64,000 nt of DNA from an archaeon (GTDB lineage Archaea; Nanobdellota; Nanobdellia; Pacearchaeales; GW2011-AR1), in the NCBI GenBank assembly GCA_027343665.1, contig DAHWKL010000001.1, positions 313,294-377,293 of the forward strand, written 5' to 3'. Under the pieces are notes generated by a model. It ran no database searches. It was given only the letters and a program-made list of their open reading frames with translations, and was not told where the DNA came from. This document shows positions 41,654-51,578 of this stretch, one piece after another. Position 1 is the first letter of the stretch; each line of letters begins with the position of its first letter. Position numbers and translations under genes: made by a program.

Positions 41654-42469
41654 TTAATCTTCGTCGCCGATCCACCAGTCCATATCAGGAAGAGCTGATA
41701 TATCCTGTCCTCTTGATTTCAAATATCCTCTTGCAAGAAGGTAGAATATCAATCCCAAGCTCTTTCCGCTTTTGTTGTTTCCGATTATCACATAATCTGC
41801 ACCCTGAGAAAAATTATTAGTTCCGCATATCATAAGAACTTTTTTCTTCACATCAAGGGTGTCTTTCAGAGCATTTTTATCAAGCCAATGGTCGGAGATT
41901 ATTGTAAGTTCAGTCTCAAAGAAGTCTTTTAAATTTGTATTAGTCATAATTCCTGCAGGATATTTTTTGGTGAAAACCCTTATTCCGGTGACTTCACTGA
42001 ATTTCATTGCTGCTCTCCATCCAGATTGCCTTTTGCACACAAGAATTACATCTTCAGGATTGAATTTTGAAAGGTATTCAATTCCACCTTTTAACTTTTC
42101 ATCAATCAAATCCGTGTTAAAAATTGCAAGTCCATCAGCTCTTCTTCTGTAAACGTAAGGTTTCATTTCGGGGGTTACTATTCTTGTTCCAAGGTAAATG
42201 CCTGTCTTGACATAATCTTCAAGATCAATGAGCATATCAGCCTTTTTCTTGGCTTTAATCTCCTCTTTCAAAGATTCTGTATCAAGCTTCTCTACTTTTT
42301 CTTCCATAAGCTTTGCAGCTTTCTCTTTAAGTTCTTTGAGTTTGTCTTCTTTCGACTTTGAAGATTTCTCATGTTTCTCTGTCTCTAGTGATTCCGCTTC
42401 AGCTGCTTTGGCGAGCTCTTCGCCTGAAAGCTCTTCAATATCTTCTTTTTCAGTTTTTTTCCTTGCCAT
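41654..42469 (-). CDS. rps2: ribosomal protein S2 (uS2) with ~80-aa Lys/Glu-rich N-terminal extension
   Basis: S2 core (GIYLGTRIVTPEMKPYVYRRRADGLAIFN...); N-terminal charged extension. Confidence 0.8.
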   Translation of the reverse strand: MARKKTEKEDIEELSGEELAKAAEAESLETEKHEKSSKSKEDKLKELKEKAAKLMEEKVEKLDTESLKEEIKAKKKADMLIDLEDYVKTGIYLGTRIVTPEMKPYVYRRRADGLAIFNTDLIDEKLKGGIEYLSKFNPEDVILVCKRQSGWRAAMKFSEVTGIRVFTKKYPAGIMTNTNLKDFFETELTIISDHWLDKNALKDTLDVKKKVLMICGTNNFSQGADYVIIGNNKSGKSLGLIFYLLARGYLKSRGQDISALPDMDWWIGDED

Positions 42470-42530
42470 AAGAGTTTAGATTAAATTTGATTTATAAAGA
42501 TTGCTGTTAAGATTTCAAGAAAATAATGGA

Positions 42531-42782
42531 TTACTCTTCAGAGCTTTCCCTTGGCTTTCTCCATTTTGTCAAAATTATCTTGAAACCTATTATTTTCGCA
42601 GTATAGTTTGGCCCCAGAAATCTGAGCATCTCTTCCGAAAGTTTTACCAGTTCCCCTTTATCCCCTCTTGCCGATTTTAGGACAGTGACCTTAACAATCC
42701 TGCATGTGGCAAAATGAACTTTCAGCATTCCCAAAAAATTTTCAGTTATGCCGTTCTTTCCGAGCTGAACTTCTCTTATCAT
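42531..42782 (-). CDS. YhbY/CRS1 (CRM-domain) RNA-binding protein
   Basis: Start at MIREVQLGKNGITENFLG...; matches the YhbY pattern GxNGLTE...IKVK; the longer ORF would overlap tRNA-Gly. Confidence 0.6.
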   Translation of the reverse strand: MIREVQLGKNGITENFLGMLKVHFATCRIVKVTVLKSARGDKGELVKLSEEMLRFLGPNYTAKIIGFKIILTKWRKPRESSEE

Positions 42783-42835
42783 GATATAATCAAGGAGAAT
42801 TACTTTTATAAATTTATAATTGCTCGGTTTTTGAT

Positions 42836-42906
42836 GCGCTAGTGGTCTAATGGTAGAATGCAAGCTTCCCAAGCTTGCGATCCGGGTCCGATTCCCGGCT
42901 GGCGCA
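42836..42906 (+). tRNA. tRNA-Gly (anticodon CCC)
   Basis: 71-nt cloverleaf; anticodon loop UUCCCAA; TATA-like TTTATAAATTTATAA ~25 bp upstream. Confidence 0.8.
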
Positions 42907-42911
42907 TTTCT

Positions 42912-43286
42912 TTACTTTTGCAATAATTTTAGAATATCCTTTTTTTTGATAACAATCTCACGAGGTTCATTTTTCAGTTTCCATGAACCCTCCTTCATCC
43001 AAAAATGCTTTTTGACATCGCGACCGCTGAAAACATGGAGAGGAATATCTCTTTTGTGATCACGCCAATCCTGAGACTTTGAAGCACAGTAAACCCCTGC
43101 CTCATAAATTTCTTCCTCTGCCGGACTGTCCTTGCCAATCACGCAAAAAGGGCTTCCGGAAGCAACAGTGTGAAGGATTATATTTTCTTTACCCTTGAAA
43201 GAATTCACAAGTTCATCATTTCCTTCCGAATTTTTACCGAGCAAAATCTTGGCGCCTGTTGACAAAGTAAATTCACGAGGGTTCAT
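42912..43286 (-). CDS. NFACT-R (DUF814-like) RNA-binding domain protein
   Basis: FTLSTGAKILLGKNSEGNDELV...ILHTVASGSP matches the NFACT-R/DUF814 pattern; 124 aa. Confidence 0.5.
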   Translation of the reverse strand: MNPREFTLSTGAKILLGKNSEGNDELVNSFKGKENIILHTVASGSPFCVIGKDSPAEEEIYEAGVYCASKSQDWRDHKRDIPLHVFSGRDVKKHFWMKEGSWKLKNEPREIVIKKKDILKLLQK

Positions 43287-43306
43287 TTTTTAAGAAAGAG
43301 AAAAGA

Positions 43307-43753
43307 TTATTTAAGCCTTGATGTTATCCAATTATTTACAATTTTCAAGGACTCTTTCTGGTCTTTCCATGTGAGTTTTTTAGATGCCTCAGGAAATAAC
43401 AACCACTTGTAATCTTTATCTTCTGTTCTGTCAATATGAACTTTCCCTGCTTTCACTTCAACGGAATAAAGAGAAAAGGTCTGACCAATAATTCCGGGAC
43501 GATCTTTCAAAGGTTTTGGATAAAGATATTTTCCTGCATAATTGTGTCTTTTTATCTTCAGAGGCTTGAGACCTGTTTCTTCCTTAAGCTCTCTTCTGAC
43601 GGCCATCTTTCTTGTCTCAAATTTCTCAACGCCTCCCTTGGGCAACTCCCAACCTGACCAATGAAGATTCCTTTTCAGAATCAGATATAATAATTTCCCA
43701 TTTTCAATCTTATGAACTACGATAAAAACTCCCTTCCTGAATCGGGGTTTCAT
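43307..43753 (-). CDS. NUDIX hydrolase
   Basis: Nudix box GGVEKFETRKMAVRRELKEETGL; 148 aa. Confidence 0.75.
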   Translation of the reverse strand: MKPRFRKGVFIVVHKIENGKLLYLILKRNLHWSGWELPKGGVEKFETRKMAVRRELKEETGLKPLKIKRHNYAGKYLYPKPLKDRPGIIGQTFSLYSVEVKAGKVHIDRTEDKDYKWLLFPEASKKLTWKDQKESLKIVNNWITSRLK

Positions 43754-44004
43754 TTCTTTTTTTCCTCTTCCTTCTTAGCAAAAATTCTTGAAGCTATGAC
43801 AATTCCGACCACACATATAAGCGTAACAATAATCGTCGAAAACAACTGGCCCTGAAGAGGTGAATAAGAAGAGACTTTATTGACATATTGAGTAATGAGA
43901 GTATTCCATGAAAGAGCTATTAAAAGGCTAAATGCAGCAATAATAGCAGTGTTCATAGATGAATAAAACTGTTTCTTGAAATCCGAAATAACTCTTTTTA
44001 CCAT
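43750..44004 (-). CDS. small membrane protein (hypothetical)
   Basis: 84 aa; two hydrophobic helices and a Lys/Glu-rich C-terminus; 4-nt overlap with the Nudix gene. Confidence 0.4.
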   Translation of the reverse strand: MVKRVISDFKKQFYSSMNTAIIAAFSLLIALSWNTLITQYVNKVSSYSPLQGQLFSTIIVTLICVVGIVIASRIFAKKEEEKKK

Positions 44005-44432
44005 ATCTTTTTAATCCTCTCGACTTCTTTAATCAAGCTTCCCTCATTTAAAAATTTTCTTAAAGGAGTCTCGTTAGGCCTGCTACCCCTCTTTTTTGGA
44101 ACTAGGTGGAAATGAAGATGCGGAATAGACTTCCCTGAAATATTCATATCTCCTTCCCTATAATCAACATCAACTGCAGGATATTTTTTTCTCAGAACTT
44201 TAATACCTGAAATCAGCAAATTGAATATATCCTTCTCCTCAACATTTTTTAGAGAATTCAGCATAACCACATGGCGTTTTGGAATCACAAGGAGATGATC
44301 TTTAAGATAAGGTGCCCTTGCAGGTGTTAGATAAGCTGATTTGTTTTCGGTTATTATGAAATCTTTCTGCGGACTGCAAAAAGGACATTCATCTTTTTTC
44401 ATAAACCTGCTGAGGAATTTTCCGTAGTTCAT
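43998..44432 (-). CDS. HIT-family (histidine triad) hydrolase
   Basis: HLHFHLVP histidine triad motif; 144 aa. Confidence 0.75.
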   Translation of the reverse strand: MNYGKFLSRFMKKDECPFCSPQKDFIITENKSAYLTPARAPYLKDHLLVIPKRHVVMLNSLKNVEEKDIFNLLISGIKVLRKKYPAVDVDYREGDMNISGKSIPHLHFHLVPKKRGSRPNETPLRKFLNEGSLIKEVERIKKIW

Positions 44433-44512
44433 CTCTGGAAAAAGCGGAAGGAATTTTTAAATTTATTTTCCAGAGCAATTAAATTAATAAATTAAAAAAA
44501 CCGATTTTTTAT

Positions 44513-45034
44513 ATGTATCTCGGAATTGATGAGTCAAATCACGGTCGTAGACCCGAGATATTTGTCGGATGCATCACACCTTATGATGGAAATATAAGGG
44601 AGGCAGTTATTCCGAAAAGAAGAGACAAATCCGAATCAAAGAGGTGGAAAGAACTTCTCGGACTACCTTATAAACATATAATTTTCGATGATGAATTCAA
44701 AGATATGGATTTGGGGAATTACAAGACTATAGCCATAGGAGAATTCGCGAAATTTTATTCACAACAATTTGAAATAACCAAGATTTTCATGGATGGGAAT
44801 ATGAGAGGACCAAGACTTGAAAAAATCCTTGAGATGCTAGATGAAATTAATTCGCATATAAAACTTGTCTATGGGAAAGACCTTGACAGAAGGACCAAAC
44901 TTGTGAATGAAGCGGACAATATTGCCAATCTGCTGTTCAGGGAATATGTTCTAAAAAACGGAAGGAACAAAGATAAATACGAAAGCTTCCTGCTCCATCC
45001 AAATTTAAAGAAATATGAGAGATTTCTTCTTTAA
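44513..45034 (+). CDS. hypothetical protein
   Basis: 173-aa ORF; no confident motif. Confidence 0.45.
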   Translation: MYLGIDESNHGRRPEIFVGCITPYDGNIREAVIPKRRDKSESKRWKELLGLPYKHIIFDDEFKDMDLGNYKTIAIGEFAKFYSQQFEITKIFMDGNMRGPRLEKILEMLDEINSHIKLVYGKDLDRRTKLVNEADNIANLLFREYVLKNGRNKDKYESFLLHPNLKKYERFLL

Positions 45035-46362
45035 AATTTCTTAATCTCCCAACCATCTTTGCCGTCAAGAATTTCATATCCGAGAGATTTTATCTTATTT
45101 CTCAATTCATCAGCTTTTTTCCAATCTTTATTTTTCCTGCATATCTCACGCTCATCGGCGAGCTCTTTTAGTTCTTGAGGGAGTTCAATTTTAGTTTTCT
45201 CAAGAATTTTAAAACCGAATATTTCATCTATTTTTTTTATCACCTGATATTTCCCTTTTGCCTTATCATCCCGAACAAGTTTCCACAAAACCTGAAGAGC
45301 TTTGGGAGTATTGAAATCGTCATCCATGGCTTCCTCAAAATCTCCAAGAGATTCTTCATTTAATTTCCCATCATCGTCCAAGTTTTCACAGATATTTTTC
45401 AGTCTTTCATATGAGTTTTTTGCATTCTCAAGGGATTCAGGAGAAAAATCAAGAGGTTTTCTGTAGTGAGTTGAGGCAAAGAGATATCTCAAAATCCCGA
45501 GGTCATAAGACTTAAGAGCTTCCCTTATTGTAGAAAAATTTCCTTTAGATTTGCTCATTTTTTCTTTGTTTATATTCAAAAAGCCTGTATGCATCCAGTA
45601 TCTTACAAGAGGTTCCTTTCCTGAAATGGATTCCATCTGGGCAATCTCTGCTTCATGATGCGGGAAAATCAAATCGAGTCCCCCGCCATGAATATCATAC
45701 TGCGAGCCAAACTCTTTCTCAGTGATAGCGGTGTCTTCAATATGCCAGCCAGGCCTTCCTTCTCCAATATCTGTTTTCCATGATGGCTCACCCTCTTTCT
45801 TGAATTTCCAAAGACAAAAATCTCCTGGATTTTTTTTCTCATCATTTTCATCTATCCTTGATACAGAATCTTCAGCATTGAGTGTTGTCCTTTTTGCAAG
45901 CTTCCCATAATCTTCATCTTTTGAAAGATCAAAGTAATAACCATCAGATATTTTGTACGCAAATCCTTTTTCAAGAAGTCTTTTGACCTGCGAGATAATT
46001 TCTTTTATATAATCAGTAGCGCTGGCATATTTTGTGACTGAATCCACCCCAAGACTGTTCATATCTTCAAAATAGAACTCTTTGTATTTTTTTGAAAGCT
46101 CCTTCCAGTCTTCGCCCGTTTCATGGGATTTCTTTATTATCTTATCATCTATGTCGGTTATATTTTGAAGATAAAAAACATCATAACCCAAGTGTCTTAA
46201 ATATTTCACAATGATGTCAAACTGCACGTAAGTCTTGGCATGACCCAGATGGGAAAAATCATAAACTGTCGGACCGCAGACAAAGACGTTCACTTTTCCT
46301 TTTTTCAGGGGCTTGAAACTCTCTTTTTTTCTTGACAAAGTGCTATAAATTTTCAGAGACAT
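45031..46362 (-). CDS. cysS: cysteinyl-tRNA synthetase
   Basis: CGPTVYDFSHLGHA (HIGH) and KMSKSKGN (KMSKS) motifs; 443 aa. Confidence 0.9.
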   Translation of the reverse strand: MSLKIYSTLSRKKESFKPLKKGKVNVFVCGPTVYDFSHLGHAKTYVQFDIIVKYLRHLGYDVFYLQNITDIDDKIIKKSHETGEDWKELSKKYKEFYFEDMNSLGVDSVTKYASATDYIKEIISQVKRLLEKGFAYKISDGYYFDLSKDEDYGKLAKRTTLNAEDSVSRIDENDEKKNPGDFCLWKFKKEGEPSWKTDIGEGRPGWHIEDTAITEKEFGSQYDIHGGGLDLIFPHHEAEIAQMESISGKEPLVRYWMHTGFLNINKEKMSKSKGNFSTIREALKSYDLGILRYLFASTHYRKPLDFSPESLENAKNSYERLKNICENLDDDGKLNEESLGDFEEAMDDDFNTPKALQVLWKLVRDDKAKGKYQVIKKIDEIFGFKILEKTKIELPQELKELADEREICRKNKDWKKADELRNKIKSLGYEILDGKDGWEIKKF

Positions 46363-46392
46363 GAAGAATCCAGGTGCTAGAAGTTTAAAAAA

Positions 46393-46962
46393 TTAAGTTA
46401 TCTGCAAATCCAGAGGAATCGTAGAAACATACTGCTGCCCATCCGCATCAATGTTTAGGCCATATCTTATATCACATAAGGAAGCGCTGTTTGGGATACT
46501 GAATCTTACAGGAATGGCCTGATTGAGACTGCTTCCTGAAGGAATTACATAGTTACTTCCTGATCCGCCAAGTATGATTAAATTCTGAGCCTGAGATGCC
46601 GACATCTGGCAACCATTAGCAATCTGGATAACGCTCACATTATACGAGAAAGTATGCTGTACAGTGTCAGTATTCCTTATCGAAAAACCAAAAGCTCCTT
46701 CATTACCCTTTGAAATCTGAAGCTGTCCCGTCTGAGGATAAATAACAACCTGCGTGGAAGTGTCCTGAGAAAATAATTGGTTAATTTGATCAGTCAATTG
46801 CTGATTTGTCAGATCGACCGCACTAGTAGCTCCTCCAAAAATATTTTTTATTAAAATCAGGCCCAAAACAAGAACGCTCACGAGAAGGACAATAGTCACA
46901 ATTGTTCCTACGGACATTTCCATCGCACCTTTCGAACTCTTTTTTATCATCTTAAGCCGCAC
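46393..46962 (-). CDS. pilin-like secreted protein (possible class III signal peptide)
   Basis: N-terminus ...KKSSKGAMEMSVGTIVTIVLLVSVLVLGL; 189 aa. Confidence 0.4.
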   Translation of the reverse strand: MRLKMIKKSSKGAMEMSVGTIVTIVLLVSVLVLGLILIKNIFGGATSAVDLTNQQLTDQINQLFSQDTSTQVVIYPQTGQLQISKGNEGAFGFSIRNTDTVQHTFSYNVSVIQIANGCQMSASQAQNLIILGGSGSNYVIPSGSSLNQAIPVRFSIPNSASLCDIRYGLNIDADGQQYVSTIPLDLQIT

Positions 46963-47278
46963 TTGTTAAGTTTAGTTGCGATCCGTAATAAAGGACTGCA
47001 AAGAAAGATATTGTGAGTATTATTATTGCAAGGAAAATTCCTACAAGATTAAGGACAAAAGCCCATGTGCTTGATCTCCTTGGAACTCTCCCTTTTTCAA
47101 CATAAGCAAAAATTATCCCCAAAACTCCTGTTATTGCGACAAAATAAGGAGCAAATACCGAAAGGAGAACAGAAAGAACACCCAAGATTATAGAAACATT
47201 GTTTTTCACACTCTGCTTCTCCGATTTTTGAGATAATTCTCTTACGGAATCTTTTTTAGAAAGTTTTTTCATCGCCAT
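46952..47278 (-). CDS. small membrane protein (hypothetical)
   Basis: 108 aa; two hydrophobic hairpins after a Lys/Ser-rich N-terminus. Confidence 0.45.
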   Translation of the reverse strand: MAMKKLSKKDSVRELSQKSEKQSVKNNVSIILGVLSVLLSVFAPYFVAITGVLGIIFAYVEKGRVPRRSSTWAFVLNLVGIFLAIIILTISFFAVLYYGSQLNLTSAA

Positions 47279-47340
47279 CTTCTTATCCTAAAGAAGGATT
47301 AACCATTTATAAAAGTTATTGTAAAATGATTCTGCAAATA

Positions 47341-47412
47341 TGGGAATGGGGGGAGTCGAACCCCCGACACCATGATCTTCAGTCATGTGCTCTCCCGCTG
47401 AGCTACATTCCC
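47341..47412 (-). tRNA. tRNA-Phe (anticodon GAA)
   Basis: 72-nt cloverleaf; perfect 7-bp acceptor stem; anticodon loop CUGAAGA. Confidence 0.8.
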
Positions 47413-47492
47413 ATTCTCAAAACAAGTTTGGATTCTTTTTTAAAGTTTGTCAATATACAAATCCATAAATAGCTGCAGACCTCTAAATTTTC

Positions 47493-49292
47493 ATGTGCGG
47501 AATCATAGGATATGTAGGAGATAAAAAGATAGTTCCACTACTTATAGAGGGGCTGAAAAAACTCGAATATCGCGGTTATGATAGCGCGGGAATTTGTGTT
47601 CTTGATGGCGGAATGCTTAAGTCTATTAAAGACAAAGGAAGAATCTCAGAACTCGAAAAAGAGGAACCTTTGAAGTGGATATCCGGAAACGCGGGGATTG
47701 CTCACACCCGCTGGGCAACACACGGAAAACCTGATGAGATAAATGCCCACCCCCATTTTGACTGCAAAAAAGAAATCGCGATAGTTCACAATGGAATAAT
47801 TGAAAATTATCAATCATTAAAGAAGTTGCTTATAAAAGAAGGGCATATGATAAGCTCCGAAACAGACTCAGAGATAATAGCACACCTGATTGAAAAATTT
47901 TATGAAGGTGATCTTGAGGAAGCAGTAACAAGAGTCCTTAAGCTTTTAGAAGGGACATATGGGCTGGCTGTGCTTTCAAACAAAGAAGAAAAAATAATTG
48001 TGGCAAAAAAAGGATCTCCCCTGGTGATCGGAGTCGGGGATGGGGAGATGTTTATCGCTTCAGATATTTCCCCAATAATAGAACATACCAATAAAATAAT
48101 CTATCTTTCAGACGGAGAGGTAGGAATTATAACAAAAGACAGATATATCATAAAAAATATTGACGGAAATGGGGTCGACAAAAAAGTTCACGAAGTGAAA
48201 TGGTCGATAGATCAGATAGAAAAAGGAAACTTCAAACATTTCATGCTCAAGGAGATTTTTGAACAGCCAGAAGTTATAAGGAATACCTTCAGAGGAAGAA
48301 TAAAAGATGGGAAAATAAAGCTCAGCTTGAATATTGATTTCAAAAAAATAAAGAGAATAATCTTGACTGCATGCGGGACAAGCTGGCATTCAGCAGTTAT
48401 AGGAAAATACCTCATAGAAGAATACGCAAAAATCCCATGTGAAGTCGATTATGCTTCTGAATTCAGGTACAGAAACCCAATGGTAAACACAGATGACCTT
48501 TTGATTGCAATATCCCAATCAGGAGAAACTGCAGATACAATAGCTGCATTAAAAGAAGCAAAAGGTAAAGGGGCTAAAACTCTGGGAATTGTGAATGTTG
48601 TTGGCTCGACAATCTCGCGCGAGGTGGATTCGGGAATTTATCTTCACGCAGGACCCGAGACGGGAGTAGCTTCAACAAAAGCTTTTACATCACAGATTGC
48701 CGCACTTACATTATTTTCACTTTATCTCGGGCAGGAAAGCGGAATGGATATTGACAATGAGATATTAAAAGAGATGGAAATCATTCCTGAAAAGATAGAG
48801 AAAGTCCTCGAAAACTCCGAAAGGATAAGAAACATTGCTTCGAGATTCAAAGACAAAAACAATTTTTTATATTTTGGCAGAGGTATAAATTTTCCCGTCG
48901 CTCTCGAAGGAGCGTTAAAACTAAAAGAGATCTCTTATATCCATGCAGAAGGCTATCCTGCAGCAGAAATGAAACATGGACCAATAGCATTGATAGACAA
49001 AAACATGCCCATTGTTTTCCTTGCGACAAAAAGTTCAATTTCATCCAAAATTTTAAGCAATATTGAGGAAGTTTATGCGAGAGATGGGAAAATAATTTCA
49101 GTCGTAAATGAGAAAACACCTGAAGTTGAAAAATTTTCGGAAGAATTGATAATTGTCCCGGAAACTATCGAAGAACTGTCCCCAATAATAAATGTAATCT
49201 CACTTCAGCTTCTCGCTTATCATATCGCTGACCTGAAAGGACTTGATGTGGACAAGCCAAGGAACCTTGCCAAATCTGTGACTGTTGAATAA
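47493..49292 (+). CDS. glmS: glutamine--fructose-6-phosphate aminotransferase
   Basis: N-terminal MCGIIGY nucleophile and two SIS domains; 599 aa. Confidence 0.9.
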   Translation: MCGIIGYVGDKKIVPLLIEGLKKLEYRGYDSAGICVLDGGMLKSIKDKGRISELEKEEPLKWISGNAGIAHTRWATHGKPDEINAHPHFDCKKEIAIVHNGIIENYQSLKKLLIKEGHMISSETDSEIIAHLIEKFYEGDLEEAVTRVLKLLEGTYGLAVLSNKEEKIIVAKKGSPLVIGVGDGEMFIASDISPIIEHTNKIIYLSDGEVGIITKDRYIIKNIDGNGVDKKVHEVKWSIDQIEKGNFKHFMLKEIFEQPEVIRNTFRGRIKDGKIKLSLNIDFKKIKRIILTACGTSWHSAVIGKYLIEEYAKIPCEVDYASEFRYRNPMVNTDDLLIAISQSGETADTIAALKEAKGKGAKTLGIVNVVGSTISREVDSGIYLHAGPETGVASTKAFTSQIAALTLFSLYLGQESGMDIDNEILKEMEIIPEKIEKVLENSERIRNIASRFKDKNNFLYFGRGINFPVALEGALKLKEISYIHAEGYPAAEMKHGPIALIDKNMPIVFLATKSSISSKILSNIEEVYARDGKIISVVNEKTPEVEKFSEELIIVPETIEELSPIINVISLQLLAYHIADLKGLDVDKPRNLAKSVTVE

Positions 49293-49293
49293 A

Positions 49294-49612
49294 GTAAGTC
49301 AGGGATAGGCCACCTTCTGTCGTTCGCTGATATCAGACCAAACGTGCTGGCATTCGACTATGCAGGCATGCTTAAGCTACCCTTGCATTAACCAAGTTGC
49401 CCGTTTCATCATATCCGTTTTTTCTCAGCTTCCCTCACGGTTCATCGCTCAAAAACGGCTGTGTCGTTTCTGTTGCAGAGCTTTCCCTCACAGGAATATC
49501 GTTTTCACGAGATGGTTTTTCATAATGGGCGGACCTTCCTCAGAATCCAGAAATCATAATTCATTTCTCGACAATTTAATGCCAGGACCCCGAAGCCAGC
49601 TCCCCGACTTAC
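49294..49612 (-). ncRNA. rnpB: RNase P RNA
   Basis: 12-bp terminal helix P1 (GUAAGUCGGGGA with UCCCUGACUUAC); P2 GCUGGC/GCCAGC; CR-I-like GAGGAAGGUCCGCCC and CR-V-like ACAGAAGGUGGCCUAUC forming P4 with a bulged U; UGCAACAGAAAC and AGGGAAAG internal conserved-region-like segments. Confidence 0.6.
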
Positions 49613-49759
49613 AGATATTGATGAAACAAAGGGGATTATAAAACTTGCGGCAGAGGCACAAAAAAGTTTTTAAACCACCTACTCTTGCAAAAGTCATCCA
49701 AACTACATCGCCGAACTCCATTTTTCTGGAATCAGGCGCATACTGTAGAAGGAAATAAA

Positions 49760-50389
49760 ATGGAAATCAATGAGCAACTAAAAGCAGCACTCGCTGAATT
49801 GAGGAAAAGTGAGCCAAGAAAGTTCAAACAGACAATAGATTTAATTGTGAATCTCCAGAAGTTCGAAGTAAAGAAAACTCCCGTTAATATTTTTATAAAA
49901 ATACCTCACAAATCGAAGGACAAAAAAATTGCGGGATTCTTCGAGGCGAAAAGCGATTTAATAGATACAATCACAGAGATGGACTTCAAAAAGTACAATG
50001 ATAAAAAAAAGCTCAAATCTCTTGTGAACAAATATGATTTTTTCATCGCCCAAGCAAAGTTAATGCCAAAAGTGGCTACAGTCTTTGGAAGGGTGCTCGG
50101 ACCTGCAGGGAAGATGCCTTCACCTCAGATGGGAATAGTCCTGAATGCAGACCAGAAATCCATAGATGAACTAAGGGAAAAGATAAACTCAAGCATGAGA
50201 ATAAGAACAAAAGAGGCATCCATAAAAATTGCCATCGGAAAAGAAGACATGGAAGATGAGGAAATAATAGAGAATGCGATGGCAGTCTATAATGAACTCC
50301 TTAAAGCCCTGCCAAGAGACAAAGAGAACATAAAGAATGTTGAAGTGAAGTTCACCATGACTAAACCTATAAAAATAAAGATAAGATGA
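49760..50389 (+). CDS. rpl1: ribosomal protein L1 (uL1)
   Basis: Start at MEINEQLKAAL (the ORF caller extended to an upstream TTG); L1 family sequence; begins the L1-L10-L12 operon. Confidence 0.85.
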   Translation: MEINEQLKAALAELRKSEPRKFKQTIDLIVNLQKFEVKKTPVNIFIKIPHKSKDKKIAGFFEAKSDLIDTITEMDFKKYNDKKKLKSLVNKYDFFIAQAKLMPKVATVFGRVLGPAGKMPSPQMGIVLNADQKSIDELREKINSSMRIRTKEASIKIAIGKEDMEDEEIIENAMAVYNELLKALPRDKENIKNVEVKFTMTKPIKIKIR

Positions 50390-51267
50390 AAAAGCAAATC
50401 AAAACGCATGTTTCGAAAGAGAAAGTAAGCGCAGTGAAAGTAATGACTGAACTTTTGAAAACAAAAAAAACGATAATGGTCGCTGATATCTCCTCAATTC
50501 CCAACTCGCAATATGAAGCGATAAAAAAGAAACTAAGGGGAAAATCTGTGGTGAAAGTTCCAAAGAAAAACCTTTTTTTCAGGGCAGTAGATGACTCGAA
50601 AAATGAGGCACTCTCTAAGATAAAAGATTTCTTCAATAAACCCATAGCAATAATGTTTTCAGATATGGATTCATATGAACTTGCTGGGGAACTCATAAAA
50701 AACAAAAGTCCCGCTAAAGCAAAGCCGGGGCAAATCGCTCCTAATGATCTTGAAGTTCCCGCGGGACCAACAGATCTTGTTCCTGGGCCGGCAATATCAG
50801 AGCTTGGAGCACTTGGGATAAAAATACAGATACAGGGTGGAAAAATTGAGATAAAAGAACCGAAGGTTCTCACAAAAAAGGGCGACAAAATCTCAGATGG
50901 CGCTTCAGCAATTCTGGCAAAACTTGGGATAATGCCTTTCACGATAGGGTTTATACCTGTCTGCGCTTATGATGCGAAAGAAAACAAGATTTATACCGAT
51001 TTAAAGATCGACTCGGAAGGAGCAGTGAGAGAACTCAAGGAGCTTTTCGCAAGAGCTCTCGGACTTGCTGTTAACATAAGTTATTTCACAGGCGAGACTC
51101 TCCCCTTGATGATACAAAAAGCCGGGGCACATGAGAAGAGGATGATAAAAATCATAACAGGAGAGCCTGACGAAGTGGCTGCTCCAACAACAGATGAAGT
51201 TCCTCAACCAAAAAAGGAGGAAGTCAAAGTGAATCCTGCTGAAGGGCTTGCAAGCCTTTTCGGTTAG
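50386..51267 (+). CDS. rpl10: ribosomal protein L10 / P0 (uL10)
   Basis: 293 aa; C-terminal stalk tail ...AEGLASLFG; 4-nt overlap with rpl1. Confidence 0.85.
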   Translation: MKKQIKTHVSKEKVSAVKVMTELLKTKKTIMVADISSIPNSQYEAIKKKLRGKSVVKVPKKNLFFRAVDDSKNEALSKIKDFFNKPIAIMFSDMDSYELAGELIKNKSPAKAKPGQIAPNDLEVPAGPTDLVPGPAISELGALGIKIQIQGGKIEIKEPKVLTKKGDKISDGASAILAKLGIMPFTIGFIPVCAYDAKENKIYTDLKIDSEGAVRELKELFARALGLAVNISYFTGETLPLMIQKAGAHEKRMIKIITGEPDEVAAPTTDEVPQPKKEEVKVNPAEGLASLFG

Positions 51268-51278
51268 GCACTAATTAA

Positions 51279-51578
51279 ATGAAGGTAACGAAAATGGAAT
51301 ACGTATATGCGGCACTTTTGTTGCACAAACTTGGAAAAGAAGTTAGCGAAAACGGCGTGAAAGCAGTCGTTGCAGCAACAGGCGCAAGTGTTGATGACTC
51401 GAAAGTCAAAAGCCTTGTCGCTAGCCTTAAAGGTGTGGATATAGACGCTGAACTTGCAAACGCAAGCGTGGCATCTGCAGCTCCGGCTCCGACAGCTGAA
51501 GCAAAAAAAGAAGAAGCACCTAAGAAAGAAGAGAAGAAGGCATCTGCAGCAGAAGGATTGGCTTCATTGTTTGGATAA
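51279..51578 (+). CDS. rpl12: ribosomal stalk protein L12 / P1
   Basis: 99 aa; Ala-rich hinge; C-terminal EEKKASAAEGLASLFG. Confidence 0.8.
   Translation: MKVTKMEYVYAALLLHKLGKEVSENGVKAVVAATGASVDDSKVKSLVASLKGVDIDAELANASVASAAPAPTAEAKKEEAPKKEEKKASAAEGLASLFG

Noticed and set aside
42531-42872. 113-aa version of the YhbY-like ORF
   Set aside because: Its N-terminal extension overlaps tRNA-Gly (42836-42906) on the other strand. Trimmed to the MIREVQ start.
49360-49641. 93-aa plus-strand ORF between glmS and rpl1
   Set aside because: It overlaps the region that folds as RNase P RNA on the opposite strand. It has an odd Cys/Arg/Phe-rich composition and no RBS.
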